From the IMG/VR virus record IMGVR_UViG_3300020166_000747: a stretch of DNA of 64,000 bases. One strand, given 5' to 3'. The DNA comes from a virus. The stretch's first letter is position 1. Every line of letters starts with the position of its first letter. The position numbers and the translations under genes are program-made. The notes under the pieces were generated by a model. That model was not told the DNA's origin, ran no database searches, and worked only from the letters and a program-made list of their open reading frames with translations. Shown one piece after another: positions 39,708-49,004 of this stretch.

Positions 39708-40940
39708 TTATTTTATTGTTCTAGTGTTGCCGTAATGCTCTACTATAACACCGCTAACAGCATTGAACTTTCTCCATGGGTCAACTACAATTGAACGTTC
39801 TGGAATATCACAATACAATGCATCTTTGTGTGAATTACCAGTGTACTCATACGTAGTAGATGCACTGTGCGCCATTAAAAATACTGCTGGGCCTGTTGAT
39901 GTTCTGTCATCATCTGTCATAGGGTCTACATACTCAACATCAATACCACACTCATTAATATACGTTGCAATCAACATACTATAACTTCCCTCTAAGTATG
40001 GGACATTTGGCTTATATGCCTTACCATGAATAACGATAGGTAGATTGTTTTCATTCGCATGTTTCATTAATCTTAACGCAATATTCTTAGCTTGTATCTC
40101 TCTTGCATTCATAATAGCATCAAACATATCATACCCCAAGTCTAGCTCTTCTGCCATATAACGTAACGCAATGTTATCACGTGGATGACATCCACCGCCA
40201 TCTCCCATGCCAGCAGTCATATATTGTGGCCCCATGATGCGCATAGTACTGTGTGCTAGTGCATTTGTTACTACGTCTACATTGATATTACCTTGCTTTT
40301 CTGCAACGTCTTGTATCATGTTTACTAGACCAATCTTAGCACTGATGAATGTATTGTAGAATACTTTTATTGCTTCGCATTCATCCCATGTACCAATCTC
40401 ATAACGTGGGTTGTTTTCCATAATTGTTTTATAGAAGTCAGTTAATTGTTTTGCATCTCCGTTGTGATCTCCATCTTCTGTGCCGATCATAACCATTTCT
40501 GGATTAACCATATCATATGCAACACTTCCCATGGCGATCAAGTAAGGGTTATATACGAAGCGTGGGTTAGTGATGTGCTGTACGAAGTGCTTACGGGTCG
40601 TCCCTGGCAGTACTGTGGAGATAAGAACAAGTAGTTGACTATCATTCATATGTTCATTTGCTTCTTTAATAACATCAATAACGATGTCATAGTTGAAGTC
40701 TTTGGGCGCCAAGTGTGCCGTCGGTGCATTACCATCATACATTGGGTCATGTGGGGTTGGTACCGCAACGAATACAATGTCTCGGTCTTTAACTAGTTCT
40801 TGTATAGTAGTAACTACAGTTATGTCATCACTTGTTCTGGGAGAGACATCATACCCCTTAACCTCATGTCCTTTTTGTGCAACTGCTTCTGCACATGGCA
40901 TCCCAAGTTTGCCAACTCCGATAAATCCAATCTTACTCAT
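39708..40940 (-). CDS. UDP-glucose/GDP-mannose dehydrogenase family protein
   Basis: GVGKLG, FVAVPTP, STVLPGT, KVFYNTF, GDGGGCHPRD, AYKP. Confidence 0.93.
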   Translation of the reverse strand: MSKIGFIGVGKLGMPCAEAVAQKGHEVKGYDVSPRTSDDITVVTTIQELVKDRDIVFVAVPTPHDPMYDGNAPTAHLAPKDFNYDIVIDVIKEANEHMNDSQLLVLISTVLPGTTRKHFVQHITNPRFVYNPYLIAMGSVAYDMVNPEMVMIGTEDGDHNGDAKQLTDFYKTIMENNPRYEIGTWDECEAIKVFYNTFISAKIGLVNMIQDVAEKQGNINVDVVTNALAHSTMRIMGPQYMTAGMGDGGGCHPRDNIALRYMAEELDLGYDMFDAIMNAREIQAKNIALRLMKHANENNLPIVIHGKAYKPNVPYLEGSYSMLIATYINECGIDVEYVDPMTDDDRTSTGPAVFLMAHSASTTYEYTGNSHKDALYCDIPERSIVVDPWRKFNAVSGVIVEHYGNTRTIK

Positions 40941-41035
40941 TTATATCACCCGATCCAAATTGTTCTGTTATATTTTAAATACAGTATATTTATTACTGCT
41001 GATTTAGTTGTTACCATAAAATAATATTTATTATA

Positions 41036-42361
41036 TCATTTTCGTTCTTCTATGTAAGAAAAATTAATACCGTTACGCTGATATGACGTAATAAGATTAT
41101 TATAATTTTGTTGTAATCGTGCTATGTATGTACCTTCAGAGGTTTTTCTCTTGAAAAAGTTTTGCCCCAATGATAGGTTCACCCGCTTAATCTCATCTCT
41201 CAATTCAAGCAACCTTAATTTAGTATCTTCAGTACTATCATACGAATGTGAAAACACATCGTCGAAGGTATCATATCCTAATTGTTTCAGCGCAGATACA
41301 GTACCGACATCCGCCCACGTTAAAAAGGGCTGACCTAATAGGAATGGTTTAAAACTTTTCTCACTTAGGAACGTAGTATCATTCGTAGCCCATGTCTCGC
41401 ATATAAATTGATAATACGTATCGCTAAGATGATCTATATTGATAGTATTAACTAAATTTATATGCAGGTCTTCGGTTGATTCTTTACCGTTCTGAAGATT
41501 ACCCCACGATAGTACTTCCTTAATTGAATCTGTATATTCAATACCAGTGTAATTTACATACTGATATCGTATAAAGTCGTTGGTAGACTCATTGACATTA
41601 TTTAATTGAACAGTAGTATATTGATCTACCGATCCTCCCCAACTCCATATCATAGTGTCGAGTAAATTTTCTTTATGTAATACTGACATTGCATTAATTC
41701 TATGATCTCTTATTCGTCTATTATAGAATGTGTTCATGTACTTGCGGGTTTCATTTTGGACGAGATCATTTTTATACTTATCTAGGTAAGATTTGATATT
41801 CTGAGGCGTGTGCATTCCAAGACCTGCGCAACTCCGTTCCCAGTAGTTTATCCACATTAATGTAATACCTGATGGGTCTGTTACAGGAGTGTTATAACGA
41901 TAATCGCCGGTTAGAAAAATCACACTACTCGGTTCAACGCCTAATAGTTTTTTAACATAGTTCATGTTTATACTATGATAACCTTCAAGCGCATGAAATA
42001 CCAATACCTTAACTTTACCTGCATTGATCTGTTTCCTAATATTATTAGGAATGTTAAATATTATATTATTCTGAATGAAATATTCATTAAGTTTGTCTGG
42101 ATCATTGTAAATTTCCTCCAATTGCTCCAAATGTGCAACACCTCTAGTCATCTGAGGCGAAATTGCATTCATAGCGAACTGATTAAAGTTTCCCTCAGAA
42201 TAGCACGATATTAAATAATATATCGTATCGTCATCTCCGTGATCAGTATTACGGAACTCTACCTGAGGTAATATAGTTAACGTGCTTAGTTCATCTGAAT
42301 TAACAATGTTATGGGGATAAAATTCTTCTTCTGACTGTACATATAGATATCTATTTGTCAT
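41036..42361 (-). CDS. Hypothetical protein, SEKSFKPF family
   Basis: YNRRIRDHR, ICET, FLSEKSFKPFLLGQPF, GYDTF..FSHSYD. Confidence 0.55.
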   Translation of the reverse strand: MTNRYLYVQSEEEFYPHNIVNSDELSTLTILPQVEFRNTDHGDDDTIYYLISCYSEGNFNQFAMNAISPQMTRGVAHLEQLEEIYNDPDKLNEYFIQNNIIFNIPNNIRKQINAGKVKVLVFHALEGYHSINMNYVKKLLGVEPSSVIFLTGDYRYNTPVTDPSGITLMWINYWERSCAGLGMHTPQNIKSYLDKYKNDLVQNETRKYMNTFYNRRIRDHRINAMSVLHKENLLDTMIWSWGGSVDQYTTVQLNNVNESTNDFIRYQYVNYTGIEYTDSIKEVLSWGNLQNGKESTEDLHINLVNTINIDHLSDTYYQFICETWATNDTTFLSEKSFKPFLLGQPFLTWADVGTVSALKQLGYDTFDDVFSHSYDSTEDTKLRLLELRDEIKRVNLSLGQNFFKRKTSEGTYIARLQQNYNNLITSYQRNGINFSYIEERK

Positions 42362-43298
42362 TGGTGTATTCCGTCAATAATTGTCCAGCAATAATCTGAT
42401 TTGCAGAAGGCGTCCAATGACCACAAGACAAAAACATATCAGAGACATCAAAGTTGCTTTCTTTGTTCCATACGTTATCGATTGACCCTGACAGGTCTAC
42501 TCGTTTTAGCTTAGATTTCTTTTCTAGTTTTACTAAATTTTCATGAAACCAAGACAGATCCTCAGCACTGTACACTGTATCCAGGATAGGGTCGTTCAGT
42601 AGGTAATAAAAAGGAATATCCAATCCTCGACACATCCAATACATTTGAACAAAATAATTTTCACATTTAATTAAACTATTCAGTGGAGTCGCCCATTCAG
42701 CAAAATATGTCATATATTCTCGCTGGGCTTTGCGTAACACCTGTTTCTGGTTGATGCCCATTGTTTCTTCAGTAACTGGATTCTCAATAGTCTGATTGAA
42801 ACAAAAGGCTTTATTTTCATAAGTATTGTCATATAATATAGGACTATCAATATTATATCTATTATATACGTCAGTATAATTCATATAACTAGCTGAGATA
42901 GTAGAAAAGAATCTATTCAATGGGGCAAGGTTAAAAACAACTGCTTTTGTTTTTTTTGCGTACTCGGAATTAAACCATTGGTTCAAAATCTTCACTGTGT
43001 ATGTATTGTCAGCACCTGGCTGCCCTAAATTTATAAATTTAGTATCGCCGCTCAATTTATTAAGACAGTAATCAATTGTCTGGTGTGGTCCTACGCCATC
43101 ACCGTAAATAAAACTATCTCCGACTAATACTACAATATTTTCATATGAATCTATATCGTCGATATTAGTACGTGATGGCAAGTCACTTGGCCAATGGTCG
43201 TGGGAATGGTTAAAGGGAATTTTCTTTCCTTTGCCATCAAACCATGAAGTATCAGCAAAAGATGAAAATTGAGTATTTTTTATTCTATTATCTGGCAT
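42351..43298 (-). CDS. SGNH/GDSL-like protein
   Basis: VGDSFIYGDG, NLGQPGADN, GHWTPSANQIIA; start at 43298 after GGAG. Confidence 0.7.
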   Translation of the reverse strand: MPDNRIKNTQFSSFADTSWFDGKGKKIPFNHSHDHWPSDLPSRTNIDDIDSYENIVVLVGDSFIYGDGVGPHQTIDYCLNKLSGDTKFINLGQPGADNTYTVKILNQWFNSEYAKKTKAVVFNLAPLNRFFSTISASYMNYTDVYNRYNIDSPILYDNTYENKAFCFNQTIENPVTEETMGINQKQVLRKAQREYMTYFAEWATPLNSLIKCENYFVQMYWMCRGLDIPFYYLLNDPILDTVYSAEDLSWFHENLVKLEKKSKLKRVDLSGSIDNVWNKESNFDVSDMFLSCGHWTPSANQIIAGQLLTEYTNDK

Positions 43299-43731
43299 AA
43301 TAATCTCCACAATGTCCGTAAATAGGTACATTTATATTTATATTTATATTTATATACACGTGTGGAGTTTCAAAATCTAAGAACACCGACTTTGGTCCAG
43401 GGATCAATACTTTGTGCAATCCCCATATGAAGCCGCCTGACGTGAAAACGTAGTCATCTGCGTCATGCGAAAACATATTTAATTTACTATCACTACCTAG
43501 TATCTCTGCTGATTTCCGATCTTTAAGATGCACGAATACATTAGGCTTATTCACTAGTTCATATTTAAATAATTCCTGAGGCTCATCATGACCGAAATAT
43601 AACTTTCCGTTGTATTCCTGTACATCGACTTCAATACCGAATCCCTGATTATAAGCGTGTTCTAAGTATGCAATCTTGTTCTCTTCTGAAGAAGGACCAG
43701 CAATGTTTCCTCTGTGTGCAATGTAAATCAT
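43288..43731 (-). CDS. Short glycerophosphodiester phosphodiesterase-like protein
   Basis: IAHRGN, GIEVDV, FGHD, HLKD, GHCGDY. Confidence 0.75.
   Translation of the reverse strand: MIYIAHRGNIAGPSSEENKIAYLEHAYNQGFGIEVDVQEYNGKLYFGHDEPQELFKYELVNKPNVFVHLKDRKSAEILGSDSKLNMFSHDADDYVFTSGGFIWGLHKVLIPGPKSVFLDFETPHVYININININVPIYGHCGDYYAR
43330..43353 (-). repeat. In-frame hexamer microsatellite (ATAAAT)x4
   Basis: Encodes ININININ; creates overlapping TATAAATA boxes. Confidence 0.9.
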
Positions 43732-43758
43732 TTAAAGTCTCCCAATAAATTATAATTC

Positions 43759-44358
43759 TTACAATAATCCATTTAAAATCTCATACGTTTCTTTACTAGA
43801 GTTGACTCTATATACATGGTCTACGTCAGACCGCATTGCGGCTTCATATCCAACATCACTATCCTCAATGATACATGTCTCTGTTTTATTTACGCCAAGC
43901 AGTCGTATTGTTTCGTTGAATATATATGGGTCCGGTTTTCTCTTGTCTATGGGAAGATAGTTCGCAGTTAATACTACTTCAAACATATCTAAGTTGAATT
44001 GGTTCAATACACTGAAAACAAACTTGCTTCTTGCATTGCTTGCTAATGCAACTCGTTTGCGCTTTGATAGCTCACGTAGTTGATCGATTAACATAGTGTC
44101 CATGTGTACAGTGTTTAGGTTCGCATCAGTATAAACTTGTTTTAACTCGTACACAGAACCCGGATCGATACCCTGCGCAAATTTACTATTAATATAGTCA
44201 ATCTTATTGAGTGTCGGGATACCTTCAAGCAAATCTTCTAACTCTGTAGTTATATTGAAGTCGCTAACTTGTGCAACTGCCCAAGAAAATGATTTACGGT
44301 GCAATTGGTTAGCGTCTATTAAAGTTCCATCTAAATCAAATATATAACAATCATGCAT
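43759..44358 (-). CDS. HAD-family phosphatase
   Basis: IFDLDGTL, LASN, KPDP, IEDS..G. Confidence 0.92.
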   Translation of the reverse strand: MHDCYIFDLDGTLIDANQLHRKSFSWAVAQVSDFNITTELEDLLEGIPTLNKIDYINSKFAQGIDPGSVYELKQVYTDANLNTVHMDTMLIDQLRELSKRKRVALASNARSKFVFSVLNQFNLDMFEVVLTANYLPIDKRKPDPYIFNETIRLLGVNKTETCIIEDSDVGYEAAMRSDVDHVYRVNSSKETYEILNGLL

Positions 44359-45049
44359 CGATATAACCTAAGTAGTCTTTTGGAGTCCCAATGGGGTTGA
44401 AGCTATCTACTTCAAACGCTTTAACTAAATTACCAGATTGTATTATATAATTATACAATGGCGCGATATAGAATTCACCTTCGCTTGTTAGATCAGATGC
44501 TTTGAAGAAATCATATGCTTCCATAAACAACTTACCCGATTGAAAATGATATTGACCAGTGTTTCTAAATTTCGATATAGGTTGTTTCTCTGCTATACCG
44601 TATACCCTCATGTTACTATCCACACAAGAATAGCTACTCTTTTTATCCCATTGACAATGTTCAACTAAGACAATACTACATTCGTTTGTATTTTTTGTAA
44701 ATGCATTAAAGTCTAAATCTAATACAAAGTCACAATCTGCAATTAACCAAGGTTCATTGATGTACTCGCTATCTTTTATAACATACGATGCACTAGTTGC
44801 TGCACCGTCCGTGTAGTAATCAATACTACTAATAATACCGTCTTTATAATTCGGTGAATACTTTTCTATATGCGATTCTTGAAATAGAAAATGATAACGC
44901 ACATCTGCATCATTGTCAATAGATAAACTATCCAATGCGTATGTAAACATTTGCTTACCATTAACGTCTATAAACGGTTTCGGAACATCCGAATAATCTG
45001 CAAAGCGGGAGCCCTTGCCCGCACACAATTGCAATATATTAAGTGTCAT
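44351..45049 (-). CDS. Sugar-phosphate nucleotidyltransferase-like protein
   Basis: AGKGSRF..PKPFIDV, TDGAA, ADCD, AEK, GEFYIAPLYN, IGTP. Confidence 0.85.
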   Translation of the reverse strand: MTLNILQLCAGKGSRFADYSDVPKPFIDVNGKQMFTYALDSLSIDNDADVRYHFLFQESHIEKYSPNYKDGIISSIDYYTDGAATSASYVIKDSEYINEPWLIADCDFVLDLDFNAFTKNTNECSIVLVEHCQWDKKSSYSCVDSNMRVYGIAEKQPISKFRNTGQYHFQSGKLFMEAYDFFKASDLTSEGEFYIAPLYNYIIQSGNLVKAFEVDSFNPIGTPKDYLGYIDA

Positions 45050-45050
45050 A

Positions 45051-46097
45051 CTATGCTTCTAATTCCCTAATAAAGGTTTTGATTTGACTTTCTACATTAT
45101 CACCTGAATGTAACCAGCCGCCCGTGTTTGCTAACCATTGGTTACCAATTTCATCACGTATATTTTTTGCAACATCTGGTGTCATCCCACAGCTTAAAGC
45201 TGCCCAAACATTGTGCTTCTGACACAGTGAAACCGCGTCACGTACTTCTTGGTGGTCGCCTGGATAATAGCCGCCAATCATACCTGCATGAATACTGTCG
45301 ATGCCTTGATAGATTGCTAGTTTTACAATTACTGTCCAATCAATGCCAAATGGATTACTGGGATCTGTGTACGCTCTGATGCCACTTCGTTGGAAGTGAG
45401 TGAATAGGTTGCGTTCATTGCTATCAGCATATGCGCCTAGCCCACTCCAGAAGTTAATGTGTACTCCATCACCTCGATATGCTTTAACTAAATCTAACTG
45501 CTCAATTAGATGTGCAGGATTACCATTAACGCAGTATGTGTATACAGTGTCAGGATGTTGTTCCATAATAGGCTGTATTAATTCTAATCGTCTTTCAAGC
45601 GGTAAATACGCTGGATCTCCAAGTATCTCATCTTCTTTTATAAAGTCTATCCCACCGTTACACATCTGCGTTACAATGTCAACTAACTGCGCGTCAGTTA
45701 ATCCAGCTTTGGGCTTGACGATGCTACCGATTAACGGACGATTGCGTGTCTCGTTAAGTTTCTTAGTTGGTGTTTTTTTAGTAAACGGCTGATTCAGTTC
45801 TATATCTACGATTCTGCATACGTTAATCAACCCGATGTCGCTTTGTCCACCATTAATCGTACATAACATCTGTCCGATATCTTTAAGTGAATGTAGGTTT
45901 CTCCATTTAAAATCGATAACAACTTTGTTATCATCGATTGATATTAGCTCTGCCATACTTTGGATAATACCGGCTGCTGTCTCATATGAACTTCTGATGT
46001 TGGGGTTACCAACACTCTGTCCAATTACAATAGCTTCTGCTGCCTTAGGTATATCAATGCTTTCGACATGATATGTCACTCTATACGAATCGTTCAT
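45051..46097 (-). CDS. RuBisCO-like protein (form IV)
   Basis: RPLIGSIVKPKAGL, GGIDFIKEDE, HFQRSG, IHAG, LSCG, TGG; carboxylation-specific residues appear substituted. Confidence 0.9.
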   Translation of the reverse strand: MNDSYRVTYHVESIDIPKAAEAIVIGQSVGNPNIRSSYETAAGIIQSMAELISIDDNKVVIDFKWRNLHSLKDIGQMLCTINGGQSDIGLINVCRIVDIELNQPFTKKTPTKKLNETRNRPLIGSIVKPKAGLTDAQLVDIVTQMCNGGIDFIKEDEILGDPAYLPLERRLELIQPIMEQHPDTVYTYCVNGNPAHLIEQLDLVKAYRGDGVHINFWSGLGAYADSNERNLFTHFQRSGIRAYTDPSNPFGIDWTVIVKLAIYQGIDSIHAGMIGGYYPGDHQEVRDAVSLCQKHNVWAALSCGMTPDVAKNIRDEIGNQWLANTGGWLHSGDNVESQIKTFIRELEA

Positions 46098-46124
46098 ATT
46101 TACCTCTGTTAGTTATGTATGTAC

Positions 46125-46832
46125 TTATTTATACTCTTTAATACATGCATCAATATATTGCGCAATTAATTTATGTCCAGTTTCATCTGGGTGTCCCGAC
46201 CTCTTGAGATTAAAATCACTCAGGTCGTATCTAGAATTCGCATGCCAGTGCCAATCTGATGATGAAATGTCCTTTATTTTTCCGTCGGTTGCAACGTCAA
46301 GTAATGTTCTATCAGCAAAAACCATTCGATCAACACTATTATGAACTTTATTATCATAGAATGCATTAACATTGATGATTGGGATATCTTTAGCTAACCA
46401 ATGTGCAGTGCATAATTCATTATAAAATGTATCTATAAATTCATCATCTGCCAATGTTTTTGTCACAGACACAAAACGATCATGTGTATTGGTTTCTAAC
46501 TCCCAATCACAACGCCTGTTGGATGCTCTAAATTGTGAGGTCCATGCTAGAATTATTATATCAATAGTAGTATCCATTGTCAAGCGATCATGTAATATTT
46601 CTAATATTTGCCTATTAGACACGCCAGACTGACTTAGATTTTCTACCTGGTATTCACCGCTAAGAGATAGTATAGTTGACCACCGATGAGTGTCTACATA
46701 CGCATGATTTTTTTCACACTTTACAGTAAAATCCGGACCGTATTTTGTTATAGCTTCTTCTTCTGTACAAATAGAACGGTCCCATAATTCAGCGCCCCAT
46801 GTCCAACTATCACCTATACATAATACTTTCAC
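46125..46832 (-). CDS. SGNH/GDSL-like protein
   Basis: IGDSWTWG, NLSQSGVSN, GHPDETGHKLIA. Confidence 0.72.
   Translation of the reverse strand: MKVLCIGDSWTWGAELWDRSICTEEEAITKYGPDFTVKCEKNHAYVDTHRWSTILSLSGEYQVENLSQSGVSNRQILEILHDRLTMDTTIDIIILAWTSQFRASNRRCDWELETNTHDRFVSVTKTLADDEFIDTFYNELCTAHWLAKDIPIINVNAFYDNKVHNSVDRMVFADRTLLDVATDGKIKDISSSDWHWHANSRYDLSDFNLKRSGHPDETGHKLIAQYIDACIKEYK
46126..46133 (-). promoter_or_regulatory. Late promoter box TATAAATA upstream of the RLP gene
   Basis: Exact TATAAATA overlapping the upstream stop codon, followed by a GAGG RBS. Confidence 0.45.
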
Positions 46833-47155
46833 TCAACTACTACCTTATCGTTAAATCCTAAGCTAGGTGTTTTAACGCATACGATATGACATTCTTCTAA
46901 CAACTCTACAATCGTTACTTCCTTAGGATCAAATATGAATATGTCACCTGGTCCTAATGTTTCTCCGTTTGCAATTAAACTGCCAACAAGCAACAGATTG
47001 TACTCAGTAGATAACTCCTGATAATGTTTCTCTGGTGTATCTTCTTTCTTGTGAATTTGAAATCCAACTTCAAATTCTTCAGTTTTTAAAATTGCAGGTT
47101 CAAAGTTTCCTATGAACCACCCTCTTGTAAAGTTTTCAATACGTTCTCGTTTCAT
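46829..47155 (-). CDS. Small cupin-fold protein
   Basis: RGWFIGNFEP, HYQ..TEYN, GDIFIFDP, VKTPS. Confidence 0.6.
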   Translation of the reverse strand: MKRERIENFTRGWFIGNFEPAILKTEEFEVGFQIHKKEDTPEKHYQELSTEYNLLLVGSLIANGETLGPGDIFIFDPKEVTIVELLEECHIVCVKTPSLGFNDKVVVE

Positions 47156-47173
47156 TTGACAAATCCTTTGGTA

Positions 47174-47213
47174 GATAAATAACTATGTATATAACTATAT
47201 GTGTATATTTATC
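47174..47213. promoter_or_regulatory. Face-to-face late promoter boxes in a divergent intergenic region
   Basis: GATAAATA (+) at 47174-47181 and GATAAATA (-) at 47213-47206. Confidence 0.55.
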
Positions 47214-47227
47214 AAGAGGTGAAATGA

Positions 47228-48166
47228 ATGAAAATTGGCGTATTATTAATGGGACAGGTTAGAAATTTTGACGTAACGACAGAATTTCTAAAAAAAGAAT
47301 TTGACTTGCCGGGAGTAGATGTAGACTATTTCTGCCATACGTGGGACTCAGTTGTTAATTTTTCACCATGGAATAATATGAAAACAACTGACGAAAGATT
47401 TTCTGATTTGCAGATGCATGATCAAGGCAAACTCATGGACACTATTAGCCTTATTAATCCAAAAAAATCCATTATAGAAAGTTATGACAAATTAGAAGAA
47501 ATTTTTGATACAATTTATCACCCAGAATACAAAAATGAGACAACCAATGTTGTACATGACAAATTTTTAGGATGTGGTTGGGCGGCTTTTGACAGTGATA
47601 GCACTCTCAAGTTCTCTGATTGGAATTACTATTTCAGTCTATTAGGTCAATTTTATAGTACTAGCCGGGCATTAGATTTGCTTTGTGAGTATGAAAGAGA
47701 AGTTGGAATAAAATATGATGTCATTGTGCGTTGGCGTTATGATTTGGTATCGAACACTCATTACCGAGATACTGATGCCCGTGTTAACCAATGGTGTGTT
47801 AACCCAATGAAACATGAACACGGAGATACTATATTCTTTAATTCTTTAAGTATCTGGCGGGGCATGCAATGCGCTACTGATCATATGTGGTTTGGGGCGG
47901 CTGGTGCATTTAAGAGTTATACCGCAAACTTTGATCAAAAATATATTAGTTTGGTTCGTGCAAAAATAATGAACAACAAGACAGTACTCAATGAAAACGC
48001 AGTACAAGATATTATTATTAATCAGAAGATGTCTTCTAAAGAATCCAGTATGGGATTAGCGGTCGTAAGACCTGGCGCAACTAAAGAAATGTCGTTTGAC
48101 GAATTATATGATTTGGAAATCGCACATGAAGCGCAAAAACGATCATTAGCATTGAGGAGTCAATAA
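47228..48166 (+). CDS. Putative glycosyltransferase-like protein (GQxR / HxW / RxD family)
   Basis: MKIGVLLMGQVR, FCHTW, YDVIVRWRYD, TDHMWFG, NE. Confidence 0.55.
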   Translation: MKIGVLLMGQVRNFDVTTEFLKKEFDLPGVDVDYFCHTWDSVVNFSPWNNMKTTDERFSDLQMHDQGKLMDTISLINPKKSIIESYDKLEEIFDTIYHPEYKNETTNVVHDKFLGCGWAAFDSDSTLKFSDWNYYFSLLGQFYSTSRALDLLCEYEREVGIKYDVIVRWRYDLVSNTHYRDTDARVNQWCVNPMKHEHGDTIFFNSLSIWRGMQCATDHMWFGAAGAFKSYTANFDQKYISLVRAKIMNNKTVLNENAVQDIIINQKMSSKESSMGLAVVRPGATKEMSFDELYDLEIAHEAQKRSLALRSQ

Positions 48167-48999
48167 TGAAGATAGCATTAGCATTTTTTGGACAGCCGAG
48201 AGGCATAGACAATGATATGATTATCGAACAATGGTTAAGGATACTAAGAGATTCTTCGGAAACTTGCACTTTTGACGTGTATGCTCATTTTTGGGATAAC
48301 CAAAGTAATACTAAAATTTCAGATACATATGAAGAATTTGTTAAAGAAACCCAAGTTGATGCTAACACACATTTTGACAAATTTATAAAGGCATTTAGAC
48401 CGAAACAACTACACATTGAGCCTTCAAACGTACTAGATAAATTATCTAGTTTGTATTTTAGCAATAATGAATATGTAAACGCACGAGTTGATCCGGCTAT
48501 TCCAAGTACTGGACGAGCGACTATTGGCCAATGGTATAGCACCGAACGGGTACTGGACCAGGTTATTAATAGCGGAGTAGAATATGATATAGTCATCAGA
48601 ATCAGACCAGATATAATATTCGAACAGACCGAAAGCCATCATAGATTTTTTGAATTTTCGCTAATAAACCATTTTAAGGCATGTGCTGTCGGTAACAGAT
48701 GTATTGGTGTTCCTTCTATAGAAATAAAATCAGGAACTCCGATTCTGAATGATTGGTGGACGGTTATGTACGGAGGTTTTGTTGAAGAGTTTAAAACAAA
48801 CTTAACAAAAAATATATCATCGCAAATCAATGCAATATTTACAACTTTAGATACACCAAATAGTATACAAGAAAATGCACTACACCGACATTGCATCAAA
48901 CTTGACATCAACGCAGTTTCAACAAAAGCTGAGGCGAGAATTTATAGAAAAGAAGAAGGAACTTGGGTATGGCCTAATTACTTAGTAGATAGCAAATAG
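48166..48999 (+). CDS. Putative glycosyltransferase-like protein, tandem paralog
   Basis: MKIALAFFGQPR, YAHFW, YDIVIRIRPD, NDWW, QE. Confidence 0.55.
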   Translation: MKIALAFFGQPRGIDNDMIIEQWLRILRDSSETCTFDVYAHFWDNQSNTKISDTYEEFVKETQVDANTHFDKFIKAFRPKQLHIEPSNVLDKLSSLYFSNNEYVNARVDPAIPSTGRATIGQWYSTERVLDQVINSGVEYDIVIRIRPDIIFEQTESHHRFFEFSLINHFKACAVGNRCIGVPSIEIKSGTPILNDWWTVMYGGFVEEFKTNLTKNISSQINAIFTTLDTPNSIQENALHRHCIKLDINAVSTKAEARIYRKEEGTWVWPNYLVDSK

Positions 49000-49004
49000 A
49001 TTAT

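Noticed and set aside
45051-46097. Bona fide CO2-fixing RuBisCO as an auxiliary metabolic gene
   Set aside because: Short (348 aa); equivalents of E60, N123, H294 and K334 appear substituted; no rbcS or prk nearby
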